A stretch of DNA of 64,000 nucleotides from an uncultured Planctomycetia bacterium. GTDB lineage: Bacteria; Omnitrophota; Gorgyraeia; 2-01-FULL-45-10. A program made the position numbers and the translations under genes. A model generated the notes under the pieces. It did not search any database, was not told the DNA's origin, and worked only from the letters and a program-made list of their open reading frames with translations. Shown piece by piece: positions 28,045-38,075 of this stretch. Location of the stretch: assembly GCA_964433975.1 (NCBI GenBank), contig CAYSSS010000001.1:78257-142256 (forward strand). The letters run 5' to 3'. Numbering within the stretch: position 1 is the stretch's first letter; each line of letters begins with the position of its first letter.

Positions 28045-29132
28045 AGCTTGAGCTGGATGCCCCCAACGTAGGAGAGCTGGAAAAGCAGTATATTAACGAC
28101 GCTATTGATAGGGGTTTTGTCTCTACGTTCGGGCCCCTGGTAGCCGAATTCGAAGAAAAATTTGCGGCTTTATTAAATATCAAAAATGGAGTTTCAGCGC
28201 AGAGTGGTACGGCAGCCATCCACATAGCTTTGCATGAGCTTGGAATAGGCAAGGACGACGAAGTAATAGTCCCCGCGTCAACATTTATAGCAACGGTTAA
28301 CCCTATTATTTATGTCGGCGCAAAGCCGGTTTTCGTTGACGCGGATTTAAATACATGGAACATGGATCCGTGGGCCATAGAAAAAAATATTACAAAAAAG
28401 ACAAAAGCCATACTCCTGGTCCATCTTTATGGTAATCCCTGTGATATGGATGCGATAATGAAGATAGCTAAAAAAAATAAGTTATTTGTGATCGAAGACG
28501 CGACCGAGAGCCTGGGTTCAAAATATAAGGGAAAATATACGGGAACATTTGGCGATCTCGGATGCTTCAGTTTCAACGGCAATAAGACGATTACCACGGG
28601 TGGCGGTGGCATGGTGGTCGGAAACGATGAAGAAAGGATGGCCCACATAAAATTTCTTGTAAACCAGGCCAGGGAAGATAAGAAGGGGTATTATCACCCG
28701 GAGGTCGGGTTCAACTACAGGATGACTAATATAGAAGCGGCATTAGGCCTTGCTCAGCTGGAAAGGCTGGGAGCTTTCCTGTCCAAAAAGAGATCTTTTG
28801 TTCAGATATATAGGAGCGAACTTAAAAAAGTACCGGCTATACGTTTCCAGGAAGAATGTGACGGCGCAGAATCAATCCCGTGGCTTACTTGCGCGACTTT
28901 TGAGAGCATAACCGATATGGATTTATTGCAGAAAAAATTAAAAGAAAAAGGGATACCGACAAGGAGGGTTTTTATGCCTATAACTAATTTCCCTCCTTAT
29001 AAAAAGTTTAAAATTGAAGAATGCGCCAATGCCGAGCATATCTATGAAAAAGGGCTATGCCTGCCAGGCTCCACCGTGAACAGCGAAGATGATATAAGGT
29101 ATGTATGCAGAACAATAAAAGAGGTAATGTAA
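28041..29132 (+). CDS. DegT/DnrJ aminotransferase, LegC-like
   Basis: FVSTFGP.V..FE, SGTAAIH, EDATESLGS, SFNGNKTITTGGGG, FNYRMTNIEAALG. Confidence 0.85.
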   Translation: MKLELDAPNVGELEKQYINDAIDRGFVSTFGPLVAEFEEKFAALLNIKNGVSAQSGTAAIHIALHELGIGKDDEVIVPASTFIATVNPIIYVGAKPVFVDADLNTWNMDPWAIEKNITKKTKAILLVHLYGNPCDMDAIMKIAKKNKLFVIEDATESLGSKYKGKYTGTFGDLGCFSFNGNKTITTGGGGMVVGNDEERMAHIKFLVNQAREDKKGYYHPEVGFNYRMTNIEAALGLAQLERLGAFLSKKRSFVQIYRSELKKVPAIRFQEECDGAESIPWLTCATFESITDMDLLQKKLKEKGIPTRRVFMPITNFPPYKKFKIEECANAEHIYEKGLCLPGSTVNSEDDIRYVCRTIKEVM

Positions 29133-29134
29133 AG

Positions 29135-29731
29135 ATGAAGAAGATCGTGCTGGTGGGTGGCGGTGGGCATTGTAAGGTTGTCATTGATGCGATAGAATCC
29201 TCCGGCGAATTCGACATATGCGGAATCGTAGATCCTTCGCTTTCCAAAGGAAAATCGGTTTTAAATATAGCGGTATTAGGGAAAGATGATATTTTGCCGG
29301 AATTATTCAGGAAAGGAATAGCACATGCTTTTATAAGCGTCGGTTCTATCGGTAATTGCGATATAAGGAAGAAGATATATAAGGATCTGAAGGATACAGG
29401 GTTTAAATTACCGGTTATTGTACACCCGAAGGCAGCGGTCTCTAAGTATGTCGAATTTGGCGAAGGCGCCTTTGTTGCTGCCGGAGCAGTTATTAACGCC
29501 GATACGAAGATCGGCAAGAACGCGATCATAAATACCTCGTCTTCTGTAGATCATGATTGTGAAATAGGCGATTTCGTGCATATTGCGCCCGGAGCAATCT
29601 TAAGCGGAGGAGTTAAGATTGGCGACGGGGCCCATGTTGGTGTCGGCGCGAGGATAGTTCAGTGTTTAAGCATAAAGGAAAATTCTTTTATCAAGGCCGG
29701 CGCGTTAATCACAGAAAGTACCCTTAAGTAA
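29135..29731 (+). CDS. Sugar N/O-acetyltransferase, NeuD/PglD family (hexapeptide repeat)
   Basis: GGGGHCKVV, VHP.A.VS, IINT...VDHDC.IG.FVHIAPGA.LSG. Confidence 0.9.
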   Translation: MKKIVLVGGGGHCKVVIDAIESSGEFDICGIVDPSLSKGKSVLNIAVLGKDDILPELFRKGIAHAFISVGSIGNCDIRKKIYKDLKDTGFKLPVIVHPKAAVSKYVEFGEGAFVAAGAVINADTKIGKNAIINTSSSVDHDCEIGDFVHIAPGAILSGGVKIGDGAHVGVGARIVQCLSIKENSFIKAGALITESTLK

Positions 29732-30738
29732 TGAATAACAGAACGCTTATTATAGCTGAGGCCGGCGTAAATCACAACGGAAGCGTAAAAACGGCCAAGA
29801 AGCTGGTGGACGCGGCGTTAAGGTCCGGCGCTGATGCCGTGAAATTCCAGACTTTCAGGGCCCAAGACCTTGTTGGCAAATTGGCTTCCAAGGCTCCTTA
29901 TCAGAATAGGACAACCTGCCGGAATGAAACACAACTTGAGATGCTGAGAAGATTAGAGTTAAATGCGGACGATCACAGAACGCTTATAGGCTACTGCAAA
30001 AAAAAGCGCATACAATTCTTATCATCTCCTTTCGATCTATTTGGCGTAGAAATGCTTGATGGCCTGGGGCTTAATATTTTCAAGATCCCATCTGGTGAAA
30101 TTACCAACTTGCCATATCTTCGTAAAATAGGGGGTCTAAACAAAAAGATAATCATGTCAACAGGTATGGCGGACTTGCGCGAGATCAATGACGCCCTGAG
30201 CGCATTAGTGAAGGCAGGAACAAAAAAAGAGAATATAACAATATTGCATTGCAACACAGAATACCCGACTCCGTCGGAAGACGTTAACCTTTTAGCCATG
30301 CTCAGCATAAAAAAACACTTTAATACAGATGTTGGTTATTCGGACCATACGCTTGGCATAGAAGTTCCCGTCGCGGCAGTAGCCTTAGGGGCAAAGATCA
30401 TAGAAAAACACTTAACGCTTGATAGGAATATGAAGGGCCCGGACCATAAAGCGTCATTAGAACCGCATGAATTTGCCATGATGGTAAGAGCCATAAGGAA
30501 CGTGGAAAAAGCGCTAGGGAGCGGGGTAAAGAGGATATCCCGCTCAGAGCTTAATAATATAAAAGTTGTCCGTAAAAGCATAGTCGCAACAAGGCCTATT
30601 AAAAAAGGAGAGATCTTTACAAGCGAAAATCTCGGCGTCAAAAGGCCGGGGACCGGATTAAATCCGATGGAATGGGACAGGGTGATAGGCGGTATAGCAA
30701 AAAAAGATTTTGTCGCGGATGAATGGATCGTATTATGA
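29731..30738 (+). CDS. neuB: Nonulosonic acid synthase (NeuB/LegI)
   Basis: IIAEAGVNHNG, AVKFQT, KIPSGEITN, STGMA, HCNTEYP, GYSDHT, IEKHLTLD...GPDH; C-terminal SAF domain. Confidence 0.95.
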   Translation: MNNRTLIIAEAGVNHNGSVKTAKKLVDAALRSGADAVKFQTFRAQDLVGKLASKAPYQNRTTCRNETQLEMLRRLELNADDHRTLIGYCKKKRIQFLSSPFDLFGVEMLDGLGLNIFKIPSGEITNLPYLRKIGGLNKKIIMSTGMADLREINDALSALVKAGTKKENITILHCNTEYPTPSEDVNLLAMLSIKKHFNTDVGYSDHTLGIEVPVAAVALGAKIIEKHLTLDRNMKGPDHKASLEPHEFAMMVRAIRNVEKALGSGVKRISRSELNNIKVVRKSIVATRPIKKGEIFTSENLGVKRPGTGLNPMEWDRVIGGIAKKDFVADEWIVL

Positions 30739-31913
30739 GAAAAAAAATATGTATTATTACCGGCAGCAGGGCAGAATGGGGGCTCTTTTATCCGCTTGCG
30801 AAGGAGATAAGGCGCCAAAAAAGCGACTTCGCGCTCCAGATAATAGCTACCGGAGCGCATTTTTCTCAAAGACACGGTCTTACATATAAAGAGATATGCC
30901 GCGATGGCTTCAAAATAACCAAAGCAGTTCCATTGACGGTATCGCAGGATACAGAACAGGGTATATTAAGGGCCTTTGGCGGCGCCGTGATCAGTTTAGG
31001 TAAAGCGCTAAGGTCAGCGAGGCCCGATTTGGTCATTCTGCTGGGGGACAGGTTCGAGACATTTGCCGCGGCCGTAGCGTGCCTTTTTGAGAAGATACCC
31101 GTGGCGCACATACACGGCGGCGAATTAACGGAGGGATCCCTTGATGACATGATGAGGCATTCGGTTACTAAGCTGGCGCATATACATTTTACGTCCCATG
31201 AAGAGCATAAAAAAAGGGTCATTCAGATGGGGGAGGATCCTTCAAGGGTATTCTGCGTCGGGGCGCTTGCCCTTGATAATATCAACGGCAGAAAATTATT
31301 GAGTAAAAAAACTTTGGAAGACAAGCTGCGTTTTAAATTGGGAAAAGACACGCTAATGGTCACATTCAATCCGCCTACAGCCAGCGGAAAACTTAAGATC
31401 GAACGCCAGTTTAAAAATTTACTGGATGCTCTTGATGAATTAAAAAGCATAAAGGTGATATTTACAAAATCTAGTCCCGACATCCATTCAAAAACCATTG
31501 CGCGCCTATCAGACAGATATATATCCTCCAGGTCGAAAAAATGCATAGTGCGGTCTTCGCTGGGGCGAGAAGTTTATTTAAGCCTTTTAAAATACACGGC
31601 TGCAGTCGTGGGAAATTCATCGAGCGGCCTGATTGAAGCGCCTTCGTTGGGCGTACCTACGGTTAATATAGGCGACAGACAGAAAGGGAGATTGTGCGCG
31701 AGATCAGTGATCAATTGCGAACCTGAAAAACTATTGATATTAAAGTCCATAAGAAAAGCGCTCGGCAAGAATTTCAGAGAAGAATGCAAAAAAGTCAAAA
31801 ATCCTTATGACAAGGGAAGCGCCTCTAGATCGATAGTTTCAGTCTTAAAAAGGACACGCATAGACAGTGATTTTATAAAGAAGAGATTTCATGACCTATG
31901 GCGATACGAATAA
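30735..31913 (+). CDS. neuC: Hydrolysing UDP/GDP-sugar 2-epimerase (NeuC/LegG)
   Basis: TGSRAEWG, LGDRFE, HIHGGELTEG..DD..RH, GNSSSG..EAP, NIGDRQ.GR. Confidence 0.92.
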   Translation: MRKKICIITGSRAEWGLFYPLAKEIRRQKSDFALQIIATGAHFSQRHGLTYKEICRDGFKITKAVPLTVSQDTEQGILRAFGGAVISLGKALRSARPDLVILLGDRFETFAAAVACLFEKIPVAHIHGGELTEGSLDDMMRHSVTKLAHIHFTSHEEHKKRVIQMGEDPSRVFCVGALALDNINGRKLLSKKTLEDKLRFKLGKDTLMVTFNPPTASGKLKIERQFKNLLDALDELKSIKVIFTKSSPDIHSKTIARLSDRYISSRSKKCIVRSSLGREVYLSLLKYTAAVVGNSSSGLIEAPSLGVPTVNIGDRQKGRLCARSVINCEPEKLLILKSIRKALGKNFREECKKVKNPYDKGSASRSIVSVLKRTRIDSDFIKKRFHDLWRYE

Positions 31914-33217
31914 TACCAAGATTGGATATTAAAGGACCCAACCTCGTGAAGGGTATTCATCTTGAGGGTTTGAGGGTGTTAGGGAAGCCCGAAGATTTTG
32001 CGCGGTATTACTACGAACACGGCGCCGATGAATTGATATACATGGACGTTGTCGCCAGTCTTTACGGAAGAAACAGTGTTTTAGAAATAGTGCGGCGGGC
32101 CTCAAAAGAGATCTTCATACCTTTGACGGTCGGCGGGGGCTTAAGGACTCTCGACGACATCCGCAAGGCGTTGCACGCGGGTGCTGATAAAGTTTCTCTG
32201 AATACCGCGGCAATACAGGATCCCCAGCTCATAAGAAGGGCCGCGCGTAGGTTCGGTTCATCTACTATTGTAGTATCCATCGAGGCTATAAAAAAAGAAG
32301 AAGGTATCTATGAAGCGTACACTAATAATGGCCGCGAAGAAACGGGTGTCGATGCCCTGAATTGGGCTATGCGCGCAGCTGAACTGGGCGCCGGAGAGAT
32401 GCTCGTAACCTCTATCGACAAGGAAGGGACCGGAGAAGGTTTTGATATAGAATTGACAAGAAAGATAGCCGAATCGGTGCCGATCCCTGTCATCGCCTGC
32501 GGAGGCGCGGGGAAGATCAGCCATATACACGATGTCATACAAAAGGGAAAGGCTGACGCGGTAAGCATAGCGTCTATCCTCCACTATAAATTTATTCAGG
32601 GAGCCACAAAACATGGGGATTTTTCGGAAGAAGGGAATGTCGAATATCTTAAAAGCGGGCGCATGTTTTCAAGCATTCAGGGGGCTTCTCTTGATAGTAT
32701 TAAAAAAAATTTGATCGAAAGAAACATTTTTTGCAGGTTCGAAGAAATTGATGTTTTATGCGACTCGATGAAACTTTCAAAACCTTTTTTGGGCATATGC
32801 CTGGGAATGCAGCTTCTGATGAGCGACAGCGATGAATTTGGAATCCACAAGGGATTGAATATCATAGATGGGCACGTAAAGAGGTTTCCGGATTTTAACG
32901 ATAAGAAAGAGCGTATTAAGGTTCCCCATATAGAATGGAACAAGTTATTTTTTAACGAAAGCATTGGCGTTGAGGGGTCGATTTTGCGCAACTTTCGTAA
33001 CGGGGAATTTATGTATTTTGTGCACTCTCATTTTGTAAAACCAGATGCGGAAGATATCACTATAACATATACCGATTATTGCGGGATCCTTTATTGTTCC
33101 GGCATAAGGAAGGATAATCTCATGGCATTTCAATTTCATCCGGAAAAGAGCGGGTCGCGCGGCGTACAAATATACAAAAACTTCAAAGAGATTATATTAA
33201 AAGGGAGGGCGCAATGA
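31898..33217 (+). CDS. HisF-like cyclase subunit fused in frame to an N-terminally truncated HisH-like glutaminase
   Basis: RIIPRLDIKG..LVKG, DVVASLY, VGGG, TSID.EGT..G, ACGGAG (HisF-like), then KPFLGICLGMQLL, PHIEWN, YFVHS, QFHPEKS (HisH). The HisH DYG.GN and PGVG segments are missing. Confidence 0.85.
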   Translation: MAIRIIPRLDIKGPNLVKGIHLEGLRVLGKPEDFARYYYEHGADELIYMDVVASLYGRNSVLEIVRRASKEIFIPLTVGGGLRTLDDIRKALHAGADKVSLNTAAIQDPQLIRRAARRFGSSTIVVSIEAIKKEEGIYEAYTNNGREETGVDALNWAMRAAELGAGEMLVTSIDKEGTGEGFDIELTRKIAESVPIPVIACGGAGKISHIHDVIQKGKADAVSIASILHYKFIQGATKHGDFSEEGNVEYLKSGRMFSSIQGASLDSIKKNLIERNIFCRFEEIDVLCDSMKLSKPFLGICLGMQLLMSDSDEFGIHKGLNIIDGHVKRFPDFNDKKERIKVPHIEWNKLFFNESIGVEGSILRNFRNGEFMYFVHSHFVKPDAEDITITYTDYCGILYCSGIRKDNLMAFQFHPEKSGSRGVQIYKNFKEIILKGRAQ

Positions 33218-34371
33218 TTGAAGCAAAGGATCTTCTGACGATGTATAATTTGCCGTCTACGGTTAAGTTTTGTAAAAAATGCACGATGTCCAACCAAAGA
33301 CCTCGGATCACTTTTAACGAAGAAGGGGTTTGCTCAGCCTGTCAATTTTCCGATTATAAGAAATCGAAAGTCGATTGGTCCCAGAGAGAGGCCGAATTAC
33401 AGGCGCTTTTAAAGAAGCATAAAAGAGATGATGGAGGATACGAGATATTGGTCCCTTCAAGCGGCGGGAAAGACAGTGTCCGCGTTGCCCACGAATTAAA
33501 ATATAAATACGGGATGAACGTCTTGACGGTAACTTGGTCGCCGCATCTTTACACCGATATAGGGTTTAAAAACTTTCAGTCCATGATACACGTAGGCGGT
33601 TTCGATAATATTTTAGGGACTCCCAATGGAGTTATTCATCGTAAACTGACCAAATTATCGTTTGAGATTCTAGGTGAACCATTTCAGCCTTTTGTATATG
33701 GGCAGACTAATTTCCCCTTACAGATCGCGGTTAGGTACAAGATCCCGCTCATAATGTATGGTGAGAACGGAGAAGTCGAATACGGCGGAGACATGAAAAA
33801 CGCCTTTAAGCCAACTCGGGATTATAGATCTGACCACAAGAAACACTATTTTTCCGGTATTGCCCCCGAAGATTTTGTACATTTCGGTATTAAAGAATCG
33901 GATTTAGCGCCTTATAAGGCCCCGCCAAACGAAGAATTGGACGCATTAGGCGCCCAGATCCACTTTTACAGTTATTATCGTAAATGGATACCGCAGGAAA
34001 ATTTTTATTATGCCGTAGAGCATACGAACTTTATCCCCAATACCATAAGAAACGAAGGCACGTATTCCAAATATGCTTCTATTGACGATAAGATAGACGG
34101 ATTTCATTACTATCTCTCATTCATAAAATTCGGTATAGGAAGGGCTACGTCAGATTCGGCCCATGAAATCCGCGACGGGCATCTGACAAGAGAAGAGGGC
34201 GTAAAGCTCGTAAGAAAATTTGACGGGGAATTTCCACAAAAATATTTCGATGTTTTTTTGGAATATTGCGGGATTGATGAAAAATATTTTTGGGAAGCTA
34301 TAGATGCCTGGCGTTCTCCGCATATCTGGAAAAAAGAAGGCATGAAATGGATGCTGCGCTGTCAGATTTAA
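33214..34371 (+). CDS. N-acetyl sugar amidotransferase (WbuX/PseA/PtmG-like)
   Basis: CKKC, CSAC, PP-loop SSGGKDS, YGENGE.EYGG, KFGIGRAT.D, IR.G..TREE. Confidence 0.9.
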   Translation: MIEAKDLLTMYNLPSTVKFCKKCTMSNQRPRITFNEEGVCSACQFSDYKKSKVDWSQREAELQALLKKHKRDDGGYEILVPSSGGKDSVRVAHELKYKYGMNVLTVTWSPHLYTDIGFKNFQSMIHVGGFDNILGTPNGVIHRKLTKLSFEILGEPFQPFVYGQTNFPLQIAVRYKIPLIMYGENGEVEYGGDMKNAFKPTRDYRSDHKKHYFSGIAPEDFVHFGIKESDLAPYKAPPNEELDALGAQIHFYSYYRKWIPQENFYYAVEHTNFIPNTIRNEGTYSKYASIDDKIDGFHYYLSFIKFGIGRATSDSAHEIRDGHLTREEGVKLVRKFDGEFPQKYFDVFLEYCGIDEKYFWEAIDAWRSPHIWKKEGMKWMLRCQI

Positions 34372-34402
34372 TGAATCCCGGACTAAAAAGAGAGGAAGGA
34401 AT

Positions 34403-35509
34403 ATGGAGAAAAAAGACTTAATTAATGTCATCGTTAAAGAAGGCACATCTATTAAGACGGCCATGAAGCAAATGGACTCCACGGGACTCAAGATACTCTT
34501 TGTAGTCGATTCATCAGGCAGTCTCATAGGTGCGATGACTGACGGGGATTTCCGCAGGTGGATCCTGGATGGTAAAAGTTGTAACGAGGACGTACGAAAC
34601 CCGTGCAACAAAAATCCAATAACATTTTCATCTGAAGATTATGACATAGAAAAGATAAAACAGATAATGATAAAGGAGAGATTGGAATGCGTCCCCATAA
34701 TTGACGGCAACCGGACGATTACGGACGCGCTTTTCCGGGAAGATGTTTTCGGGAATAAATATAAGAAGGCAAAGAAAGCGCTGACGGTCCCAGTTGCCAT
34801 AATGGCAGGCGGAGAGGGATCCAGGCTGTCACCCTTTACAAAGATATTGCCGAAACCTCTCATACCGTTAAACGAAAAGCCTATTGCAGAAGTTATCATG
34901 GACCGTTTTGCCGAATTTGGTTGCGACGAGTTTTATCTTCTTCTGGGATATAAGGGCGTGATGATACAGTCGTATTTTGACAATGCCAAGAGTGGCCATA
35001 AGCCCATATATATGTATGAGAAGGAGCCCAGCGGGACAGCGGGCTCGCTCAAGCTGCTGTCCGACAAGCTCTCGACCGACTCTCTTTTTGTTTCCAATTG
35101 CGACATCCTGATCGAGGCCGACTATGCTAATATGTATGAATCTCACCTGAAGAATAACTGCGACATAACCATAGTAGGGGCCATGAGGCATTTTGTCATT
35201 CCTTACGGCGTTATAGATATGGGACCAGGCGGTAATATAGGTAAGTTAATCGAAAAACCGGAGTACGATTTTCTTGTGAACACAGGAATGTATATATTGA
35301 ATAAAAACACACTTTCCTATATTCCTAAAAAAGGAAAGTTTGATTTTACGGAGCTTATTAAAAAAACGCGGGAAAAAGGCGGTAAGATCAGCGTGTATCC
35401 CGTCAGTGAAAAATCATGGTTAGATATAGGTCAGATTGAATTACTGGAGGAGGCTGTTTCGGGAACGCTTGGAGAGAAATGGAGCCGCATGAAAAGAGGG
35501 GCCGCATGA
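34403..35509 (+). CDS. CBS-domain sugar-1-phosphate nucleotidyltransferase (PtmE-like)
   Basis: CBS pair (TDGDFRR), MAGGEGSRL.PFT..LPKPL, SNCD, PYGV, EKP, WLDIG. Confidence 0.9.
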   Translation: MEKKDLINVIVKEGTSIKTAMKQMDSTGLKILFVVDSSGSLIGAMTDGDFRRWILDGKSCNEDVRNPCNKNPITFSSEDYDIEKIKQIMIKERLECVPIIDGNRTITDALFREDVFGNKYKKAKKALTVPVAIMAGGEGSRLSPFTKILPKPLIPLNEKPIAEVIMDRFAEFGCDEFYLLLGYKGVMIQSYFDNAKSGHKPIYMYEKEPSGTAGSLKLLSDKLSTDSLFVSNCDILIEADYANMYESHLKNNCDITIVGAMRHFVIPYGVIDMGPGGNIGKLIEKPEYDFLVNTGMYILNKNTLSYIPKKGKFDFTELIKKTREKGGKISVYPVSEKSWLDIGQIELLEEAVSGTLGEKWSRMKRGAA

Positions 35510-36231
35510 TCGAGAATAAAAAAATATTGGCCCTCATACCAGCCCGCGGCGGCTCAAAAGGGATTCCCGGAAAGAACATAAAGAACTTTAATGGAAAGCC
35601 TTTGATAGCCTGGACCATAGAAGAAGCTAAAAAGAGTAAATATCTGGATAAGATAGTGGTTAGCACCGACTCCGGCGCAATAGCCGATATCGCAGTTAAA
35701 TATGGCGCCGAAGCCCCTTTCATTAGGCCCGGAGGACTGGCAAGTGATAATGCCAATATGATGGATGTCGTTCTTCACTGCATCAATTTTTTTCAAGATA
35801 CAGGCGACAACTATGACATCATTGTTCTGCTCCAGCCCACTTCTCCGCTTAGAAGGGCGGATGATATTGACGGAGCAATTGAATTTTTCATTGAAAAAAA
35901 TGCGAATGCTGTCTTAGGCGTTGTAGCGTGTGACCACCCCCCGCAACTTGCAGGGATATTGCCGAAAGACTTAAGTATGAATAATTTTGTTCAGGGAAAT
36001 AGCGGGAATAAAAACCGCCAGGAACTGAGGGCCTATTACAGAGTCAATGGCGCGCTTTATTTAGCCGACATAGATTTCATTTTGCGTAAACGGGACTGGT
36101 ATGGAGCAAAAACATTTGCCTATATCATGAAAAAAGAACGCTCAGCGGATATAGACGATCTTTTCGATTTTATGTTAGCGGAATTCGTTATGAAGGCACA
36201 GGGTCCTCTAGGTATGGGGGATGGCTTATGA
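35506..36231 (+). CDS. neuA: CMP-nonulosonate synthetase (NeuA/LegF)
   Basis: IPARGGSKGIPGKN, VSTD, LQPTSPLR, NGALY, DID...D. Confidence 0.93.
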   Translation: MIENKKILALIPARGGSKGIPGKNIKNFNGKPLIAWTIEEAKKSKYLDKIVVSTDSGAIADIAVKYGAEAPFIRPGGLASDNANMMDVVLHCINFFQDTGDNYDIIVLLQPTSPLRRADDIDGAIEFFIEKNANAVLGVVACDHPPQLAGILPKDLSMNNFVQGNSGNKNRQELRAYYRVNGALYLADIDFILRKRDWYGAKTFAYIMKKERSADIDDLFDFMLAEFVMKAQGPLGMGDGL

Positions 36232-38075
36232 TCTTGGCAGTGATATCTGACATGGAGCAATATTGGTTATTGGCGGATGCGGTCCCCGACATAAAACAAG
36301 TGCGCATCTTGTGTGATAACCCGGGAATCCATGATTTTTTGGAGGAAAAGAGAATATCATTTGATGCTTTAGATGAAGAGATATTGCGGAAAGAATGGAA
36401 TTCTATAAATATGTGGGCTTGCGAAAAGGCGCTCCTATTTGATCTTTCGGCCGGCGACAGGTCTATTCTGAATGGCATAGAGCTTAACAAAGCCTTGAAC
36501 GCCTATTTTTCCTTTTATCTGGTCAGTTTTTTGAAAAATTATCTTTTTTCGATATACGTAATAGACCGGTATAAGCCGAGCGAAATGTTTATATTCGAGA
36601 ATATCCATTGTCCGCCATTCCCCGCTTTTAATGGAAATTATTTTTTAAATAGTTTCCTGAAAGGACTAGCCCAAAAGAACGGCATCAAGGTGAACCAGCT
36701 AAAGTGCGGTACGCGCAAAGAAGAGAAGGCGTCCATGAAAGACCGCCTCAGAGTATTATTGCAGAAATCCTATGGTGGATTACCGGTTGCGGTAGATAAG
36801 AAAAAGATACTTATTGCATGCGGAGATGCAGGCCATCTGGGCCCGGTTCTTAAAAAACTTAAATATAAGGAGAAAGATATATTTGTTTATAATGATGAAT
36901 TTCGTTTTGGCCAGCTCAAATCCTGCTTAAAGGAAAAGATGCACTATGTGATTTCCGATTCTTTCCTCAAAAAAAGCCGGCAAGTAGAAGACGGCCCTGA
37001 TCACAAGAAAGAGTTTACGGACATGATAAAGCATTTATGCGGCGATAAATGGTTCACCTACGAAGGATATGATTTAAATCGCCGTATAGAAAATGCCATC
37101 CTGGATAACATAAATCCATATATCGACAATGTCCGCCAATGGACACGGATATATTCTGAAATGGTAAATAAATTGGATGTCTGTGGGGTCATCATGAACC
37201 AGGACGAGATGCCGGACAGGGCGTTCATGGCAGCCTTTTTCAAGTCCCGGAAAATCCCCGTATTCTGTATTTCACACGGTTACGGCACCGTACGGTTTTC
37301 TTTACCTATTTCAAATCGACGCTTTGACCTTTCGTATACATTTCTGCATTCCGAGCTTGAAAAACATGTCTTTACATCCAGGGGCTGGGATGAAAAAAAT
37401 ATAAGGGTCATGGGTATACCCAGGTATGACAGGCTAATGAAACTAATGGATGAAAAAAACAGGAATAAAACAAAACCGGAAAGAATGAGGATCCTGTATT
37501 CCGGTGGAATGATGCCTTATTATACTCCCTCCGTACCCTCATGGATAGGTGTATGCAAATATTCATTTGGAACTACGATGAGGAGGGATTTGAAGTTTGT
37601 AATGAAGGCATTAGAAGGCTATCCGGTTGAACTTGTAATAAAACCGCGTTATCTTGTAGATGAGGGCCCGCTGGCAGATTTTGTTATGAAGCATAAGGGC
37701 AAAAGCAATGTCACCATAGCAAAAGCTAAAACGGATTTTTTTAAACTTTTATCGGGCTGTCAGGCCATATTTTTGGCGCACTGGTCGACCGCGGTCATGG
37801 AAGGGATCATCGCACGGATTCCCACGGTCGTCTTGAATTACAACGGGATAGAAGATGATTTTCCGTTCGCCGATCACGACCTGTGCACCGTTACCCGGGA
37901 TCCGCGTGAACTCAAAGATATAATAGCGGAAATATATTCGGCTTTTATTTCCGGCAAAAAGTCCGCTCATGCACCTGTTTTTGGCAAGGACAAGGCGTTC
38001 TATACGGGCATTAATGACAGCCTGAATACTGAAAGAGTGACGGACTGTATAATGGAGACGATTGGGGCAAGATGA
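36228..38075 (+). CDS. Putative GT-B transferase, possibly for a CMP-nonulosonate
   Basis: Directly after neuA; SHG, MGIPRYD, VIKPR, WSTAVMEG are typical of TagF/capsule-synthesis-like GT-B proteins. Specificity is inferred. Confidence 0.5.
   Translation: MILAVISDMEQYWLLADAVPDIKQVRILCDNPGIHDFLEEKRISFDALDEEILRKEWNSINMWACEKALLFDLSAGDRSILNGIELNKALNAYFSFYLVSFLKNYLFSIYVIDRYKPSEMFIFENIHCPPFPAFNGNYFLNSFLKGLAQKNGIKVNQLKCGTRKEEKASMKDRLRVLLQKSYGGLPVAVDKKKILIACGDAGHLGPVLKKLKYKEKDIFVYNDEFRFGQLKSCLKEKMHYVISDSFLKKSRQVEDGPDHKKEFTDMIKHLCGDKWFTYEGYDLNRRIENAILDNINPYIDNVRQWTRIYSEMVNKLDVCGVIMNQDEMPDRAFMAAFFKSRKIPVFCISHGYGTVRFSLPISNRRFDLSYTFLHSELEKHVFTSRGWDEKNIRVMGIPRYDRLMKLMDEKNRNKTKPERMRILYSGGMMPYYTPSVPSWIGVCKYSFGTTMRRDLKFVMKALEGYPVELVIKPRYLVDEGPLADFVMKHKGKSNVTIAKAKTDFFKLLSGCQAIFLAHWSTAVMEGIIARIPTVVLNYNGIEDDFPFADHDLCTVTRDPRELKDIIAEIYSAFISGKKSAHAPVFGKDKAFYTGINDSLNTERVTDCIMETIGAR

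Noticed and set aside
31898-33217. Histidine biosynthesis genes hisF/hisH
   Set aside because: The context next to a WbuX/PseA-like amidotransferase indicates the glycan-associated paralogues.
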